From Bilabrum cf. latius (taxonomy: Eukaryota): 64,000 nt of DNA. Within the stretch, counting starts at the first letter, position 1; every line of letters starts with the position of its first letter. The stretch covers positions 124,001 to 188,000 of the forward strand of contig OZ237774.1 of NCBI GenBank assembly GCA_965178125.1. The letters run 5' to 3'. Below, one piece after another: positions 62,401-64,000 of the stretch. Under the pieces are notes generated by a model that was given only the letters and a program-made list of their open reading frames with translations, did no database searches and was not told the DNA's origin. Position numbers and translations under genes: made by a program.

Positions 62401-64000
62401 TTCGGGCACGCGCAGCAGGACGAAGAGAGCCCCCAGATGGTCAAGGTGACTGGCAAGCACTTCGGATTCGCGGACAGCCGATCCACGCTGACCGTCAAAT
62501 TTGGCCACGCTGCTGACGGCACGATGACTGCCGGTATCGCAACTACGGAGCCCATGTCTGGCACGGGTCGCTTCGAGCCTGCTGCTGGCAATGCCACGTA
62601 CCCGGCCGGATATGATCGGGAGGCAGTGCAGACGGTCAAGTTCGCGCTGCCCTCTGGAGTGGGCAAAGACAGGGCGGTGGTGCTGGTCAACTCACCCGCA
62701 GGCTTCCCCCAGCTGGCACTTCGCAGCGCCGTGGACGTGTCGGCCTACACGACCATGGTGACCGAGGGACCCATCAATACGTCCGTGGTGGTGACCGACC
62801 CCAAGGTGTTCACCTACCAGAACCCCTCGATCGACTTCCTCTCACTGGATCCCATCGGCACCACGGGCCCGTACGCCAACCAGCGGGCCAACTTGTTCCC
62901 CGGATAGGAGGGCATCAAGCTGCTGCGCGTGTACGGCCGCAACTTTGGTGCCTCGGCTCAGGAGCTCAACGACCAGGTGGAGCGTAAGGTGCTCATCGCG
63001 CCCTCGGACGACCCGTCGGACTTCTCGGCAGATACGGGCCGCGTGCAGGTGGTGGACTGGACCGACACCGTGATCGAGGTCATGACGGACGTGGACTCTG
63101 GGTTCGCGAAGGTTCACCTGGGTTCCTTCTCATACGACGGTGCCATGGAGAAGAGCCAGACGTCTCCTGCCGCCCAGTACTACGACGTGTCTCCTCAGGT
63201 GGCAGGCCTGCAGGGAGCCGACGCCTTCAACACGGCGGGAGGGGAGATCCTCGAGCTCAAGGTGGCCCGCATCGGGCAGGCACAGAGCATCCAGGTGGAC
63301 GTGGGCGGACAGCCGTGCCCACTGGTGCTACCCTCCGACCCGTCGCAGACCGTGTCCGATGCCGACTTCCCCACTGTCATCCTGCAGGCCCAGGTGGATG
63401 CCAATCCGAGCTACAACTCGCTCATTGACGCGGATAATGGAGGCATGCAGTGGGACATCGCCTGCGTGATGCCGGCTGGGCCCCGCGGTGAGTTCGTGAA
63501 CGACGGCTCGCAGGTGCCGGTGGTGGTGCAGCGTTTCTCGGCCGGCAGCGATGGCATCGTGTCTGGTCCGCAGTATATCTCGTACGCGCCTCCGTCCATC
63601 ACAGAGGTGCAGGTCTGGCACGACACGTCGGCCAACCCATCAGGACAGCCCGACGAGGTGTTCACTCCAGCTGACGGCGTGGTATACACGCCTACTCGAG
63701 GGGCCATCATGCGCATCGTGGGTGAGAACTTCGGGCTGTGCCCCCAGGTGCGCCTTGGCTTCAGCAACATGTTCGAGATGGGCGAGCAGTACCAGGACGA
63801 GTCATCGGCGTGCAGACACACGACCCAGGACCCGGCCCGCCGCAGCCGCTCGCACACCATGCTGGAGCTGCGTGTGCCCCAGGGCGAGGGCGACGGCACG
63901 GACCCGGCCCTGGGAGGCATGCCGTTTGCCTTCCGCGTGACGGTGGGCGGGCAGGACTCGCAGCCCATGGTGCACTCTCACACGCCCCCCGCCATCCAGA
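56482..64000 (+). CDS. Giant secreted/cell-surface protein with lectin-like region, sushi/CCP, cadherin repeats and multiple IPT/TIG repeats (3'-partial); exons 56482-56917, 57064-57483, 57574-57644, 57769->64000
   Basis: Signal peptide MKAALCSLVVVFSLAAA; CEFSCREGY..C..G..C; cadherin motifs LDY, DRNDPP, ATDPD, LNYE and DVNDPP; repeated GxNFGP. Three phase-consistent introns. TAGs at 57135, 58042, 59278, 59806, 60721, 60775 and 62905. Confidence 0.9.

Noticed and set aside
1-64000. Interpreting the TAG-interrupted genes as pseudogenes or as many short genes
   Set aside because: The interruptions are exclusively TAG, there are no frameshifts, an essential gene (XRN2) is affected, and catalytic motifs are intact on both sides.
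1-64000. Pyrrolysine or selenocysteine-type programmed recoding
   Set aside because: TAGs are numerous, sit mostly in Gln-rich or variable positions, and share no downstream element that I could see.

Overview
GC-rich, gene-dense eukaryotic (protist-like) nuclear DNA with short spliceosomal introns (GTGAG...YAG). The main result is that the window does not use the standard genetic code. About 75 in-frame TAG codons interrupt almost every gene, and consecutive ORF-track fragments rejoin in the same frame across each one. I found no in-frame TAA or TGA inside any gene, and every complete gene ends in TGA (13) or TAA (2). Internal repeats and conserved motifs indicate UAG = Gln with UAA still a stop. 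Read this way the window holds a >2400-aa unknown protein, RPE, RPS18, a ~2450-aa WNK kinase, an RNI-type LRR protein, a coiled-coil protein, an APH/MTR-kinase-like phosphotransferase, an atypical Ras-like GTPase, XRN2, two paralogous small-domain genes, an ankyrin gene built from tandem 99-bp exon plus intron cassettes, a GH3 glycosidase, a 4-TM protein and the 5' part of a giant cadherin/IPT surface protein. It also holds two copies of a CRE-like non-LTR retroelement, one with a perfect TSD and an oligo-C 3' end. A second unexplained signal is a set of highly over-represented 8-14-mers (GTGTGACGAGTG, GGTTGCAACC, TGCATCGCAC, GCGGAACC, GATCCGATCC) found on both strands in several frames, in introns and in UTRs. 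All counts are manual and approximate.
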